Positions 47,160 through 56,158 of a stretch of DNA of 64,000 nt are shown here, one piece after another. Position numbers and translations under genes: made by a program. Location: NCBI GenBank assembly GCA_903834195.1, contig CAILIB010000037.1, forward strand, positions 19-64,018, given 5' to 3'. Position 1 is the stretch's first letter. Every line of letters starts with the position of its first letter. Under the pieces are notes generated by a model. That model saw only the letters and a program-made list of their open reading frames with translations. It ran no database searches and had not been told where the DNA came from. This DNA is from an uncultured Candidatus Berkelbacteria bacterium (GTDB lineage Bacteria; Patescibacteriota; UBA1384; CAILIB01).

Positions 47160-48395
47160 ATGGATATGGAAACTGAAATTACCCCTGAACACACAGTACG
47201 TACAGCGTCTAAAAAACGCGGAGGACGATTTAACTTTATCTTCCTTACGGCTGGGGTTGTTGTAATTAGTTTGTTGATTGGCCTCGTTGGTGGTGTTACT
47301 GGTTTTGTAGCACTTTCAAGTGACTCTGCGTTTGGTCGCAATGTCCGCCGCATTTTTAATATTAATGCAAATAATCCTCTTCCAATTTCAACAACGAGCC
47401 GAGTAACACTTGAAGAGAGTTCAAAGGTTATTGATGCTGCCAAGAAAGTGAAACCAGCCGTGGTTTCTATTTCAGCAAGTCAGCAGGTTGAAGATTACTT
47501 CGGTCACGTCAGTTCACAAGAAGTTTCAGGTGGAACTGGATTTATCATTAGTTCTGACGGATTAATCATTACAAATAAGCACGTTGTAAGTACGGTTGGT
47601 ACCTATAAGGTTGTGCTTGATGACGGTCGTATTTTTGACGCAAAAATTCAGGCAACTGATCCATTAAATGACATTGCACTTGTAAAAATTGATGCAAAAG
47701 ATTTACCAACAGTTGAACTTGGTTCTTCAGGTGATCTTCAAGTGGGTCAATATGTGCTGGCGATTGGTAATGCGCTTGGTCAGTATAGTAACTCAGTAAG
47801 CCTTGGAATTGTGTCAGGTAAGGGTCGTAGTATTAGTGCGAGCGATGCTGGTTCAAGTAGTGAGTCGCTTAGTGGTGTAATTCAGACCGATGCTGCTATC
47901 AACCCAGGTAATTCAGGTGGCCCGCTCGTAAATATGTCAGGTCAGGTAGTGGGAATTAACACTGCCATTGCTACCAATGGTTCAGGTTCTGGTTCAATTG
48001 GGATTGGGTTCTCAATTCCAATCGACAGCGTGATTTCAGTGATTAACTCAGCTCGTAAAACTGGTCAAATTGTTCGTCCATATATTGGCGTGCGTTATGT
48101 GCCGGTTGATACGTCATTCCAGCAGCAGAATAACTTGACCGTAGATTACGGCGCATACGTAAGTCCAGGTTCAACTGCAGCACAGCCAGCAGTTGTGCCA
48201 GGAAGTCCGGCCGACAAAGCAGGTATTCTGCAAGGTGACATTCTGCTTGAACTAAACGGAGAGCGAATTAATACAGATACTCCACTCACGACACTTCTAC
48301 AGAAGTATAATCCAGGTGACACGGTAACCTTCAAGGTACTACGTAAAGGTGCCAACCAAGATATAAAGGTAACGCTTGATAAGCTCAACCCTTAA
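47160..48395 (+). CDS. htrA: HtrA/DegP-family serine protease with a PDZ domain
   Basis: Catalytic triad context TNKHVV (His), DIALVKI (Asp), GNSGGPLVN (Ser). C-terminal PDZ segment. Confidence 0.9.
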   Translation: MDMETEITPEHTVRTASKKRGGRFNFIFLTAGVVVISLLIGLVGGVTGFVALSSDSAFGRNVRRIFNINANNPLPISTTSRVTLEESSKVIDAAKKVKPAVVSISASQQVEDYFGHVSSQEVSGGTGFIISSDGLIITNKHVVSTVGTYKVVLDDGRIFDAKIQATDPLNDIALVKIDAKDLPTVELGSSGDLQVGQYVLAIGNALGQYSNSVSLGIVSGKGRSISASDAGSSSESLSGVIQTDAAINPGNSGGPLVNMSGQVVGINTAIATNGSGSGSIGIGFSIPIDSVISVINSARKTGQIVRPYIGVRYVPVDTSFQQQNNLTVDYGAYVSPGSTAAQPAVVPGSPADKAGILQGDILLELNGERINTDTPLTTLLQKYNPGDTVTFKVLRKGANQDIKVTLDKLNP

Positions 48396-48396
48396 A

Positions 48397-48428
48397 CGAA
48401 AAACCGCTCCGGAAGGAGCGGTTTTTCG
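48397..48428. terminator. Bidirectional intrinsic terminator between htrA and prmC
   Basis: cgaaaaa-ccgctcc-ggaa-ggagcgg-tttttcg, a perfect palindromic terminator. Confidence 0.9.
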
Positions 48429-49322
48429 TTAGACGATGCTGATTACTCGATCGAGTCCGGCGTAGTCTTTGTGGACGGTAACAGTCTTTTTTGGGAACAC
48501 CTCGCTAATAATAGGCAGTATGAGCGGGGTTTGAGTTTCACCGTATTCAATAATGATTGCGCCATCTTTTTCGAGGTGAGTGGGGGATTCTGCGAAAAAT
48601 TTTCGGTATAGGTCGAGGCCATCGCTGCCACCAAACAGGGCGATGTCTGGCTCGTAGAATACAACATCTTGCTGGGCGGCTGGGTTCATCTTCCAGGTGT
48701 CCTCAACATAGGGGAGGTTAGCAAGGATGATGTCGAATGGTCGTTTTGTGAGCTCTGGTGCATCGAACATATCGGCTTGTACCAATTTTAATACTACATT
48801 TCCGAGGGTGACTCCACGAGAAAGGGTCTCCCAGTTCTCCTTGGCAAGTTCTAATGCTTCGTTTGAAATCTCGCTGGCGACAATCGTGGCCGGGATCGCT
48901 CGCTCTGCAAGCTCTAGAGCCACACTAATAGCGATAGATCCACAGCCGGTGCCGAGTTCAGCAACTTGTACTGGGCAGGGGAGATTGCTTTCGTGGGCAT
49001 GCGTTTTGAAGTGATCGCTAATCCATTCAACTGCCTGTGTTACGATCCCCTCTGTTTCTGGGCGAGGAATAAGTGCACGGTGGTCAATTTTAAATTCTCG
49101 ACCATAGAACTCTTTGTTGCCAGTAATATGAGCAACGGGCTCGTTCTGCTCACGACGGGTCAGGAAGGACTCGTATTGGGTTTCTTCTGCGCTTGTGAGG
49201 GTTTGCTCGGGGTAGGTGTGCAAGTGGGCACGGCTGCATTTGAGTACTGCAGCAAGTAAAACCTCAGCATCGCGGAATGAGACTGTGCGGTTGGAAACGT
49301 CGAGTGCTTGGGTGATGGTCAT
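48429..49322 (-). CDS. prmC: Release-factor glutamine N5-methyltransferase
   Basis: SAM motif VAELGTGCG and the catalytic NxPY motif (ILANLPYV). Start reset to MTITQALD at 49322. Confidence 0.9.
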   Translation of the reverse strand: MTITQALDVSNRTVSFRDAEVLLAAVLKCSRAHLHTYPEQTLTSAEETQYESFLTRREQNEPVAHITGNKEFYGREFKIDHRALIPRPETEGIVTQAVEWISDHFKTHAHESNLPCPVQVAELGTGCGSIAISVALELAERAIPATIVASEISNEALELAKENWETLSRGVTLGNVVLKLVQADMFDAPELTKRPFDIILANLPYVEDTWKMNPAAQQDVVFYEPDIALFGGSDGLDLYRKFFAESPTHLEKDGAIIIEYGETQTPLILPIISEVFPKKTVTVHKDYAGLDRVISIV

Positions 49323-49342
49323 AGTTGATTTGAAAATGGGTT

Positions 49343-49369
49343 CGTCCGCGCTGAAATTTCGCGCGGACG
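49343..49369 (-). terminator. GC-rich hairpin after orphan gene P1
   Basis: Stem cgtccgcgc/gcgcggacg (9 bp) with a 9-nt loop. A weak T tract follows on the minus strand. Confidence 0.5.
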
Positions 49370-49386
49370 ATCGGTATTGACGGGTT

Positions 49387-49803
49387 TCAGTCGGAATATT
49401 CTGGGATTTTCGCACCGTTGTCTCGGAAGAGGTTGACAAGTGGTGTGATTCCTAATTTGCTTATGCGCTCTTTATTTCCATCGCAGATGCACATAAATAA
49501 GTTGTCTGGTCCGTCTAATTGGGTGTGGAGAACTGGTATTCCTGAAAGTTTTTCAAGCAAATCTGTGTTCAAGGTGTCCGCGAAGTATCGAATTGAGAGA
49601 GCTGGTTTACCCTCTCTTACGCCGAGGTATCCGATCACATTCGGTCCGCCAAAATCGGATTTGAGGGGGAAAAAGTAGGCAGGTTCTGTACTGCCGGTGA
49701 AGGAGAAGTTTGTTTCTCGAAGTGCTTCATGAGCACAGAGCTTGATCGCGTCGATGAACGGTTTTCCAGATAGATATTCTGGAAGTAAGAGAGATTGTGT
49801 CAT
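49387..49803 (-). CDS. Hypothetical protein P1 (138 aa), paralog of P2
   Basis: Shares ordered motifs with 49930-50337: L.ET, GS, Y(L/I)G, G.P.L(S/T)IR, SG.P.L, DG. SD-like aaggaag lies upstream. Confidence 0.55.
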   Translation of the reverse strand: MTQSLLLPEYLSGKPFIDAIKLCAHEALRETNFSFTGSTEPAYFFPLKSDFGGPNVIGYLGVREGKPALSIRYFADTLNTDLLEKLSGIPVLHTQLDGPDNLFMCICDGNKERISKLGITPLVNLFRDNGAKIPEYSD

Positions 49804-49887
49804 TTCTTCCTTGAGCGGGGTTCCGCTTGAAACTACCTTATCAAATATACTCAGGAAAAGTAAGGATAAAAAGCAAAAAAATAACTT

Positions 49888-49912
49888 CGCCCGCGCTTTT
49901 ATGGCGCGGGCG
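49888..49912 (-). terminator. Intrinsic terminator after orphan gene P2
   Basis: Stem cgcccgcgc/gcgcgggcg (9 bp) with a 7-nt loop. On the minus strand it is followed by aagttattttttt. Confidence 0.75.
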
Positions 49913-49929
49913 ATTGTGGCGAAGTTAAG

Positions 49930-50337
49930 TTAACTCGTCAAATGGGTTGGCGTGGTTACGCATTGTTGATTGAAGAATTCCAGAATCGATTTCCCCCCAG
50001 AAGTTATGACTCGATCCAGGTCTCCGTCATAGGGGCGCGCAATGACATCCTTGTCAGAGATTGCTTTGGCGAAGAGTAGTGGGTGACCACTGAAATTCTT
50101 GCGTTTGTTTTTATGTGAACCATCACTATGTCTGATAGTGAGAAAAGGCGCTCCATTAATGGTGCCAATATATGCGAAAATCAGGTGACGTTTATTGTCG
50201 GGACGTAGCTTGATGAAACCAACAGGGGAACCCTGTAAGTCGATGGTTGTCTCGGACAATTTAGAGACTCCAAATGTTTCAATGAATTGGCGAAAAACTT
50301 TCGCTGATGGCGACTGATCGGTTACGATATCTTCCAT
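49930..50337 (-). CDS. Hypothetical protein P2 (135 aa), paralog of P1
   Basis: See P1. Lies immediately downstream of prfA on the same strand. Confidence 0.55.
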   Translation of the reverse strand: MEDIVTDQSPSAKVFRQFIETFGVSKLSETTIDLQGSPVGFIKLRPDNKRHLIFAYIGTINGAPFLTIRHSDGSHKNKRKNFSGHPLLFAKAISDKDVIARPYDGDLDRVITSGGKSILEFFNQQCVTTPTHLTS

Positions 50338-50403
50338 GTTCGTGTTAGCGGATCGATTCCGCTTCCAACAACCATACCAAAAAAATCCTGTGAACGTAAG
50401 TAC

Positions 50404-51483
50404 CTAAATATTGGCCTGCAAACGGAGTTCGGCCTTATACGCATCAAGAAGAGCGGTGAGAATATCATCCATATCACCATCCAAAATCACCGGAATATTA
50501 GACCAAGACTGGTTAATGCGGTGATCGGTAATACGATCTTGGGGAAAATTGTATGTGCGAATTTTTTCGGAGCGGTCACCGGTTCCAATCTGGGAAAGGC
50601 GGGTTTGGGCACGTTCAGAAGCCAGGCGCTGACGCTCACTTTCGTAGAGGCGGGCACGCAAAACTGACATCGCGCGGGCTTTGTTTTTAATCTGAGAACG
50701 TTCGTCCTGTGACGTAACCATGACACCGGTTGGTTTGTGGGTAATACGCACGGCTGAGTCAGTTGTGTTCACGTGCTGTCCACCTGCACCACTTGAGCGG
50801 TACACGTCAATTTGCAGGTCAGAATCGAGAATCTCGATATCTGCCTCCTCTGCCTCAGGTAAAATAGCTACAGTGGCAGCTGAAGTGTGAATACGACCCA
50901 TCTTTTCGGTTTCAGGAACTCGTTGTACACGGTGTACACCACTTTCAAACTGGAGGGCACGAAAAACCTCGTCGCCAATAATACTGGCCACGACTTCTTT
51001 AATGCCGCCAAGTTCGGAGCGGTTCAAACTGGTAACTTCAACTTTCCAGCCAACCTTTTCAGCATAACGACTGTACATCCTGAATAATTCACCGGCGAAA
51101 AGCTCGGCTTCATCACCGCCAGTACCGGCTCGAATTTCCAGAATTACATTCTTGCTCTCATCTGGATTACTTGGGAGAAGCATATCTTCAAGCTGAGTAT
51201 CAATGGTGGCTTTTTGAGTGCGAAGATCTTCAAGTTCCATCTCAGCCATTCCGGCGAGATCGGCATCACCCGCAGTGAGGAGTTCTTCGTTATCGGCGAT
51301 CTGCTTTACCAATGCTTCTTGCTGTTCATAAAGCTTAATGAGTGACGTCACTTTTTGGTGACGACGGTTCACATCAGCAGCTTTGCGCTGGTCATCATAC
51401 AAAGAACTGTCCTGGAGGGCCAGAGACAGCTCTTCGTGCTCCGAGCGGAGCGATGCCAAATTGGAGCTAGGCGTTGGATTCAT
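50404..51483 (-). CDS. prfA: Peptide chain release factor 1
   Basis: GGQ motif [19 protein letters not shown], and PET in RVQRVPETE (aligns with the RF1 PxT codon-recognition motif). Start reset to MNPTPSS at 51483. Confidence 0.95.
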   Translation of the reverse strand: MNPTPSSNLASLRSEHEELSLALQDSSLYDDQRKAADVNRRHQKVTSLIKLYEQQEALVKQIADNEELLTAGDADLAGMAEMELEDLRTQKATIDTQLEDMLLPSNPDESKNVILEIRAGTGGDEAELFAGELFRMYSRYAEKVGWKVEVTSLNRSELGGIKEVVASIIGDEVFRALQFESGVHRVQRVPETEKMGRIHTSAATVAILPEAEEADIEILDSDLQIDVYRSSGAGGQHVNTTDSAVRITHKPTGVMVTSQDERSQIKNKARAMSVLRARLYESERQRLASERAQTRLSQIGTGDRSEKIRTYNFPQDRITDHRINQSWSNIPVILDGDMDDILTALLDAYKAELRLQANI

Positions 51484-51745
51484 CCTTGGCGGATGTTTCA
51501 GCTTTTGCGGCCTGACGAACAAGAAGTTCAGCCTGACGGGTTTCAGCAAGCTTTTGACGAGCCTGGAACTTATCTACGCGTCCTGCTGTGTCAACGAGCT
51601 TTGACTTACCGGTGTACAGTGGGTGACACTGTGCACAGATTTCTACGCGAAGGTCACCTTCTTTTGTGGAGCCGGTTTGAAACGTGCTTCCGCAAGCGCA
51701 GGAAACGGTAATCTGGTGGTAGGTTGGGTGTGTTTTGGTTTTCAT
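51467..51745 (-). CDS. rpmE: 50S ribosomal protein L31 (Cys-containing type) with a C-terminal extension
   Basis: [22 protein letters not shown]...[12 protein letters not shown] TGaTACAAT element lies 9 nt upstream of the ATG. Confidence 0.9.
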   Translation of the reverse strand: MKTKTHPTYHQITVSCACGSTFQTGSTKEGDLRVEICAQCHPLYTGKSKLVDTAGRVDKFQARQKLAETRQAELLVRQAAKAETSAKDESNA

Positions 51746-51822
51746 AGCTCTTGGATTGTATCAAAGGTTGACGATAATTGGAAGTACCCGGGGATTCATT
51801 GTGGTTCAGAAGGCTCTACAGG

Positions 51823-51851
51823 TTGACAAATCTGTTGTTTTGTGATAGAAT
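51823..51851 (+). promoter_or_regulatory. Consensus sigma70 promoter TTGACA-17 nt-(TGa)TAGAAT
   Basis: -35 at 51823-51828, 17-nt spacer, -10 at 51846-51851 with TG at 51843-51844. The ~60-nt 5' UTR carries hairpins and a GGAGGG SD. Confidence 0.75.
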
Positions 51852-51916
51852 TTTGGCCATCAACAGGTTAGGGAAACCTTTTACCTGTGTTGCCGCGATT
51901 GCGCGGAGGGAACCAA

Positions 51917-52354
51917 ATGAGAATTATATTTACTGCTACTGCCTTGTTCTTCGTCATTTTGAGTTCTGCCTTCGCGCAGGGCTCCGGAGGGCAGATGCAC
52001 CCTCTTACTCCATCAGAAATCGCCAAACTGAAGCTGCAGGAGAAAATCTATGCAGCCCAGTCAATGGTGGCTGAAGGAGTGGTCTGGAGCAATTCAGATC
52101 AAACTGCCTTCAAGCTGGTTAACCCTAAAACAGGAAAACCGGTTTCGCCGTTCATCGTTGTTATCCCCGACGGGATGAGCTACGATAAAAACCACTGCTG
52201 CAAACCATTTTTATATGATGCAGCGGCGAGCAAGGCATTCGCCAGGGCACCGCTCGCCAAAAAGAAGCTTAAGGTCTTTCAGACCTTCTGCCCAGGCAAT
52301 AAGCCGCCTAAGTTTATGTATTGGGTTACGGGGATAACAATCCACCACAAGTAA
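51917..52354 (+). CDS. Small secreted protein (145 aa), unknown function, GC-elevated
   Basis: Signal peptide MRIIFTATALFFVILSSAFAQG. Start reset from 51887 to the ATG at 51917, which follows the SD ggaggg. One sampled 60-nt block is ~58% GC. Confidence 0.55.
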   Translation: MRIIFTATALFFVILSSAFAQGSGGQMHPLTPSEIAKLKLQEKIYAAQSMVAEGVVWSNSDQTAFKLVNPKTGKPVSPFIVVIPDGMSYDKNHCCKPFLYDAAASKAFARAPLAKKKLKVFQTFCPGNKPPKFMYWVTGITIHHK

Positions 52355-52361
52355 CCCACCC

Positions 52362-52400
52362 AACGCCACCCAGAGTTTCTGCGGTGGCGTTCGTTTTTTT
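52362..52400 (+). terminator. Intrinsic terminator
   Basis: Stem aacgccacc/ggtggcgtt, 12-nt loop, T7 run. Overlaps the stop codon of the convergent gene. Confidence 0.85.
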
Positions 52401-55065
52401 AGAACATATATGCAACCACTGACTGAGTAGAAGGTATTATTCCGTATATTACCCCAGGAGTATAGGTAGTGGTTGTGTGGCTAGTTGTGCCAATGCGTTG
52501 AGTAGTAGTTGTTTTTGTACCTGGCTCGCCGATTGCCTCAGGACAGGCTGAAAGACTGTCAGCAGACCATACTGAGACAAAGTTGTTATACATCATTGCA
52601 GAACAGCTGGTTGAGTCTGTATTCATTGTAGATGTGTATACATATCCAGCAGAGTCTTCAATTGCTTCACTTCCACTTATTTGTTTGAGGAACGTAGTGG
52701 CAAATGGAGTGTACACCTTTGTTGATGTAGCCTGTGTAGTTTGATCGAGATGATTTACGAAAACATTATTTGATTTTATGCCCACGTTCCAGACAGAATC
52801 ATCATTCGATACTGGAAAATTACTAAATTTCCTTACTAAGTTTCCACTTAAATCATCGACTATAACTGATTGCTGGGCATCATTGGCAGTATTAATGTAC
52901 AAATTATTATTATGATCAATTCCAATTCCTGGATGACCTTGTGCAGCGTTAATGTTTGTCGAGCCGTTTAGGTGTCCTGTAACATCCCACCAATCGTACC
53001 CGTTGTGATTGTATTCAAGAATTGGATACATTCCAATTGTTGCTTGTGCTGCACCCCCGATATTCGGGTTGTCTCCTTCATAGGCAAATTTTGACATTAC
53101 AAATAGATTGCCTTGAGCGTCTAGTGAGAGACTATCTGGACAATAATTTGCCGTAACCGGCGTGCCTGTCCAAGCAGTTTGATTTAAAGTTACTGAGATG
53201 ATCGGGGTGGTATAGAGTTGCTTATAGGTATTTGTGTTTGTAACATGCTGAAATGCCTCAACAGAACATTCAGTTGGATTACCTTGGTCATCTTGTCTAT
53301 CAACTTGCCCCACGTACACTTTGCCAGAACTATCAGCAACAATTGCGGTTGGATAGAGCCCAGTAATAGGGAGTGCAACTGTTGGTGCAACCGTCATTTG
53401 AATAAGGGGATTAGCACCTTGTACAAGGGTAGCAGGTGAACTGAATCCACCGGCGATAACATGGGTACTTCCAGGTGTGGCATTAAGAAGTACTAATGTT
53501 CCAGTGGTATCAAAATTTGTATGATCTGAATTTGCACTAGAACCTGCTCGGGTTGTTCCTGAAACTTTTCCAATAGTAACTGGAACGTTTGGCAATTCAA
53601 TATTTTTTGGGTTACGTACATTAACTGTTACTACAGCAGAGTCCATAAACTTGCCGTACCAGATTTGATTGTACGTATATCCTGATGAAAGCGTGCCAGG
53701 GAAGTATTGTGACAAAATACTGGCGTTTGTCATGAAGTTGAATACGTACATTGCAGCATTCATTGCCTCAACTGTTGTTGGTTGCGAGCTTTGTCCCTGA
53801 TATACACACGTGTCTGAATCTTTATTTACTTTAGAATACGCATTCAAGTTTAGACATGACGCATATGTGAGATTATTTGCGAAGATTCCAGCTAAGGCAT
53901 TTGTAATATCGTACTCAGCATTTTGACGTGCGGTGAACTTATTTTTCAAACTAGGTGATGTTCCGTCAGGAGTATTGAGAGCAGAGAATACTTCAGCAAA
54001 CATTTCACCCTGATCTGAACTCCCGTATTTGGTCAGGAACTTTTCATTTGAAATAATTGAAGTTGCGTACACAAAGTCAGGTGAATGACTATCCATACAG
54101 TGGTAGTTTTTACTCGTGGTATCGAGTAGACAATCTCGGTCATACCCATATGCGATTTTGTTGGCTGCAGTATTTGCATGGTCTAACCCTTTTTCCCAAT
54201 CGACTAAGTGGCCGAATTCATGGGTAATAAGTTCTAGTCCAGCATAGCCCGGTATATTATCTGCTTGGATTGTGATTTCATGTCCACTTGTTGGAGTAAA
54301 TGCACCTGCACTACCGCCATCGGCACCTTTCTCAAGTATTTCTGGGACTATGTAAATTGAAGGTGTGAAGGGGAGATGAGAAGAAATAACGAGTGAATGA
54401 ATTTGAGCTGCATAATATGCGATATCTTCTCCATATCGGTTTTCATCGAAGATACTACTGTAATCTACAGGGTTTGTAGAAACACAGAACAGAACACCAT
54501 TTAACATTTCTCCTTTATAGTCACCTGTGTGATATCCATTACTCCCAAGATCATACATATATTTGCCGGTTTTTATCTTTCCCGGTTGTGTTCTACATTG
54601 GGCCGAAATAGGATCCAAAGTATCGGTTTCGCGAACATCAGCGGGAATTTGAGAAAGGATGATATTTGCCCCTGTTGCAATGAAATTTGCATTTACCGGC
54701 ACTTCATAGCCAGATTCTGTATACGGAGTGTTCCCGAATTGAGCAATTTGAACTGAAATTTGAGTGTAATCTGTGGTTGGTGAAGGGAGTGATGCAGCGT
54801 AATTTCCTTTGGCATCTGTTTTTACCTGTATGCTTTTGCCAAATGTTGGAGTAGTTACTTGAAGGTATACACTGGCATTTGGAACTGGCTTGTTTGTAAT
54901 ACTGTCAGTAAGTGTTCCTGAAACAGAAATATCCTGGCACCCTACGCAACTGGCTCCAGAAGAGTTGTGAAAGTAGTACGTTGCGGTTCCAGCAACTACA
55001 AGAAACGCCGCAACGAGATATGTCATCGTTCGGGTAATCTGAGTCTGAGAAAGTATTTTTCGCAT
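52399..55065 (-). CDS. Large secreted/anchored protein: carboxypeptidase-regulatory-like domain, HExxH zincin domain, C-terminal beta-propeller-like region
   Basis: N-terminal transmembrane/signal segment. SGTLTDSITNKPVPNASVYLQV...DAKGNY. Zinc motif LITHEFGHLVDW. C-terminal repeats of the NHL/propeller type (GKVYVGQ, GNLFVMS, NNLYINT). Confidence 0.6.
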   Translation of the reverse strand: MRKILSQTQITRTMTYLVAAFLVVAGTATYYFHNSSGASCVGCQDISVSGTLTDSITNKPVPNASVYLQVTTPTFGKSIQVKTDAKGNYAASLPSPTTDYTQISVQIAQFGNTPYTESGYEVPVNANFIATGANIILSQIPADVRETDTLDPISAQCRTQPGKIKTGKYMYDLGSNGYHTGDYKGEMLNGVLFCVSTNPVDYSSIFDENRYGEDIAYYAAQIHSLVISSHLPFTPSIYIVPEILEKGADGGSAGAFTPTSGHEITIQADNIPGYAGLELITHEFGHLVDWEKGLDHANTAANKIAYGYDRDCLLDTTSKNYHCMDSHSPDFVYATSIISNEKFLTKYGSSDQGEMFAEVFSALNTPDGTSPSLKNKFTARQNAEYDITNALAGIFANNLTYASCLNLNAYSKVNKDSDTCVYQGQSSQPTTVEAMNAAMYVFNFMTNASILSQYFPGTLSSGYTYNQIWYGKFMDSAVVTVNVRNPKNIELPNVPVTIGKVSGTTRAGSSANSDHTNFDTTGTLVLLNATPGSTHVIAGGFSSPATLVQGANPLIQMTVAPTVALPITGLYPTAIVADSSGKVYVGQVDRQDDQGNPTECSVEAFQHVTNTNTYKQLYTTPIISVTLNQTAWTGTPVTANYCPDSLSLDAQGNLFVMSKFAYEGDNPNIGGAAQATIGMYPILEYNHNGYDWWDVTGHLNGSTNINAAQGHPGIGIDHNNNLYINTANDAQQSVIVDDLSGNLVRKFSNFPVSNDDSVWNVGIKSNNVFVNHLDQTTQATSTKVYTPFATTFLKQISGSEAIEDSAGYVYTSTMNTDSTSCSAMMYNNFVSVWSADSLSACPEAIGEPGTKTTTTQRIGTTSHTTTTYTPGVIYGIIPSTQSVVAYMF

Positions 55066-55181
55066 CTTACGTATATATAAGGTTGTGCGTTTATTTTACC
55101 TCTTTTTTACTCGTTTAGGCGATATTAAATGAGGTTAACAAAAATAATTTTAATACGATTGATTGAATACGTAATGAATCC

Positions 55182-55210
55182 TTGAATACGTATGGGTAAA
55201 ATGGTATAAA
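55182..55210 (+). promoter_or_regulatory. rpsB promoter TTGAAT-17 nt-(TGg)TATAAA
   Basis: -35 at 55182-55187, -10 at 55205-55210. The 11-nt string ttgaatacgta occurs twice, at 55160-55170 and 55182-55192. Confidence 0.6.
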
Positions 55211-55216
55211 GAATCT

Positions 55217-55375
55217 ACTACTGAAGTACTGAAATGGTCCACTGTAGTTCTAAGACACTTAACCAATCCTTGCAGAGGAATTGGTATCGCTCCTGCCGCG
55301 TACCGTAAGGTACATCCGGTCCCGATACCTCCGAACTCTCCAAGAACCGCCCACACTTGGGCAGAAGGAGCATAC
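55217..55375 (+). promoter_or_regulatory. Structured ~160-nt rpsB 5' leader (candidate S2 autoregulatory element)
   Basis: Stem ggtatcg (55283-55289) / cgatacc (55323-55329) encloses gtacc-GTAA-ggtac (55300-55313). Hairpin gccca/tgggc lies just before the SD gaaggag. Confidence 0.4.
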
Positions 55376-56158
55376 ATGCCACTTCCACAAATTCCGGACG
55401 TCCGGGAACTTATGCAGTCGGGTGTCCACTTTGGACACGCATCCGGCAAATGGCACCCAAAGATGGCGCCATACATCTTCGCAACACGCGATAAGTTGCA
55501 CATTATCGACCTCGAGAAGACTCGCCAACAGCTTGAGAAGGTTCTTCCTGAGCTTGAAAAGCGTGTTAAAGACGGCAAGATCGTTGTTCTCGTTGGTACC
55601 AAGAAGCAGGTTGCTGACCGTGTAAAAGAAATCGGTGAGAAACTCCATATTCCATACGTTAACGAGCGTTGGCTTGGTGGTACAATGACCAACTGGAATG
55701 AGATGCAGCTTTCTATCTCAAAGATGAAGAAGATGGAAACCTTCCTCGAATCTGAAGATGTTTCCAAGATGATCAAGAAAGAGCGTGTGCAAATGCAAAA
55801 CGACCTTCGTCGTATGCAGATCAAGTTTGGCGGTATGCGTGATCTAAACCGCAAGCCAGACGTAATGTTCGTTATCGACCCAGCCTACGAACACAACGCA
55901 ATCAAAGAAGCTCGTCACCAGGGTGTAGAACTCTTCGGACTTGTTGACACCAATACCAACCCAACTATGGTTGATTACGTAATCCCAACCAACGACGACG
56001 GTCCAAAAGCCCTCAAGTTGATGATGGATCTCGTAGAGGCAACTATTGCGTCTGGGTTAGAATCTCGTGGTCAAGCAGTAGAAAAGGCAGAAAAAGAGAA
56101 GGCTACAGCAACTGAAGAAACTAAAGTTAAAGAAGAAGTAGGTACTAAGGAGGACTAG
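55376..56158 (+). CDS. rpsB: 30S ribosomal protein S2
   Basis: LMQSGVHFGHASGKWHPKM and FVIDPAYEHNAIKEARHQG are typical of S2. Confidence 0.95.
   Translation: MPLPQIPDVRELMQSGVHFGHASGKWHPKMAPYIFATRDKLHIIDLEKTRQQLEKVLPELEKRVKDGKIVVLVGTKKQVADRVKEIGEKLHIPYVNERWLGGTMTNWNEMQLSISKMKKMETFLESEDVSKMIKKERVQMQNDLRRMQIKFGGMRDLNRKPDVMFVIDPAYEHNAIKEARHQGVELFGLVDTNTNPTMVDYVIPTNDDGPKALKLMMDLVEATIASGLESRGQAVEKAEKEKATATEETKVKEEVGTKED

Noticed and set aside
48429-51549. Longer N-terminal versions of prmC (to 49439) and prfA (to 51549), and likewise tatD (14655), the recombinase (5618) and CDS 51887.
   Set aside because: The extensions are non-homologous, low-complexity, or overlap upstream genes and promoters. 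Internal Met codons give canonical protein N-termini and sensible intergenic signals.
55150-55854. Antisense ORFs opposite rpsB: 234 aa (55150-55854), 129 aa (55259-55648), and an overlapping plus-frame ORF of 114 aa.
   Set aside because: They overlap the highly conserved S2 coding sequence in other frames. Their products are low-complexity (Ser/Arg/Cys-rich). These are typical shadow ORFs.
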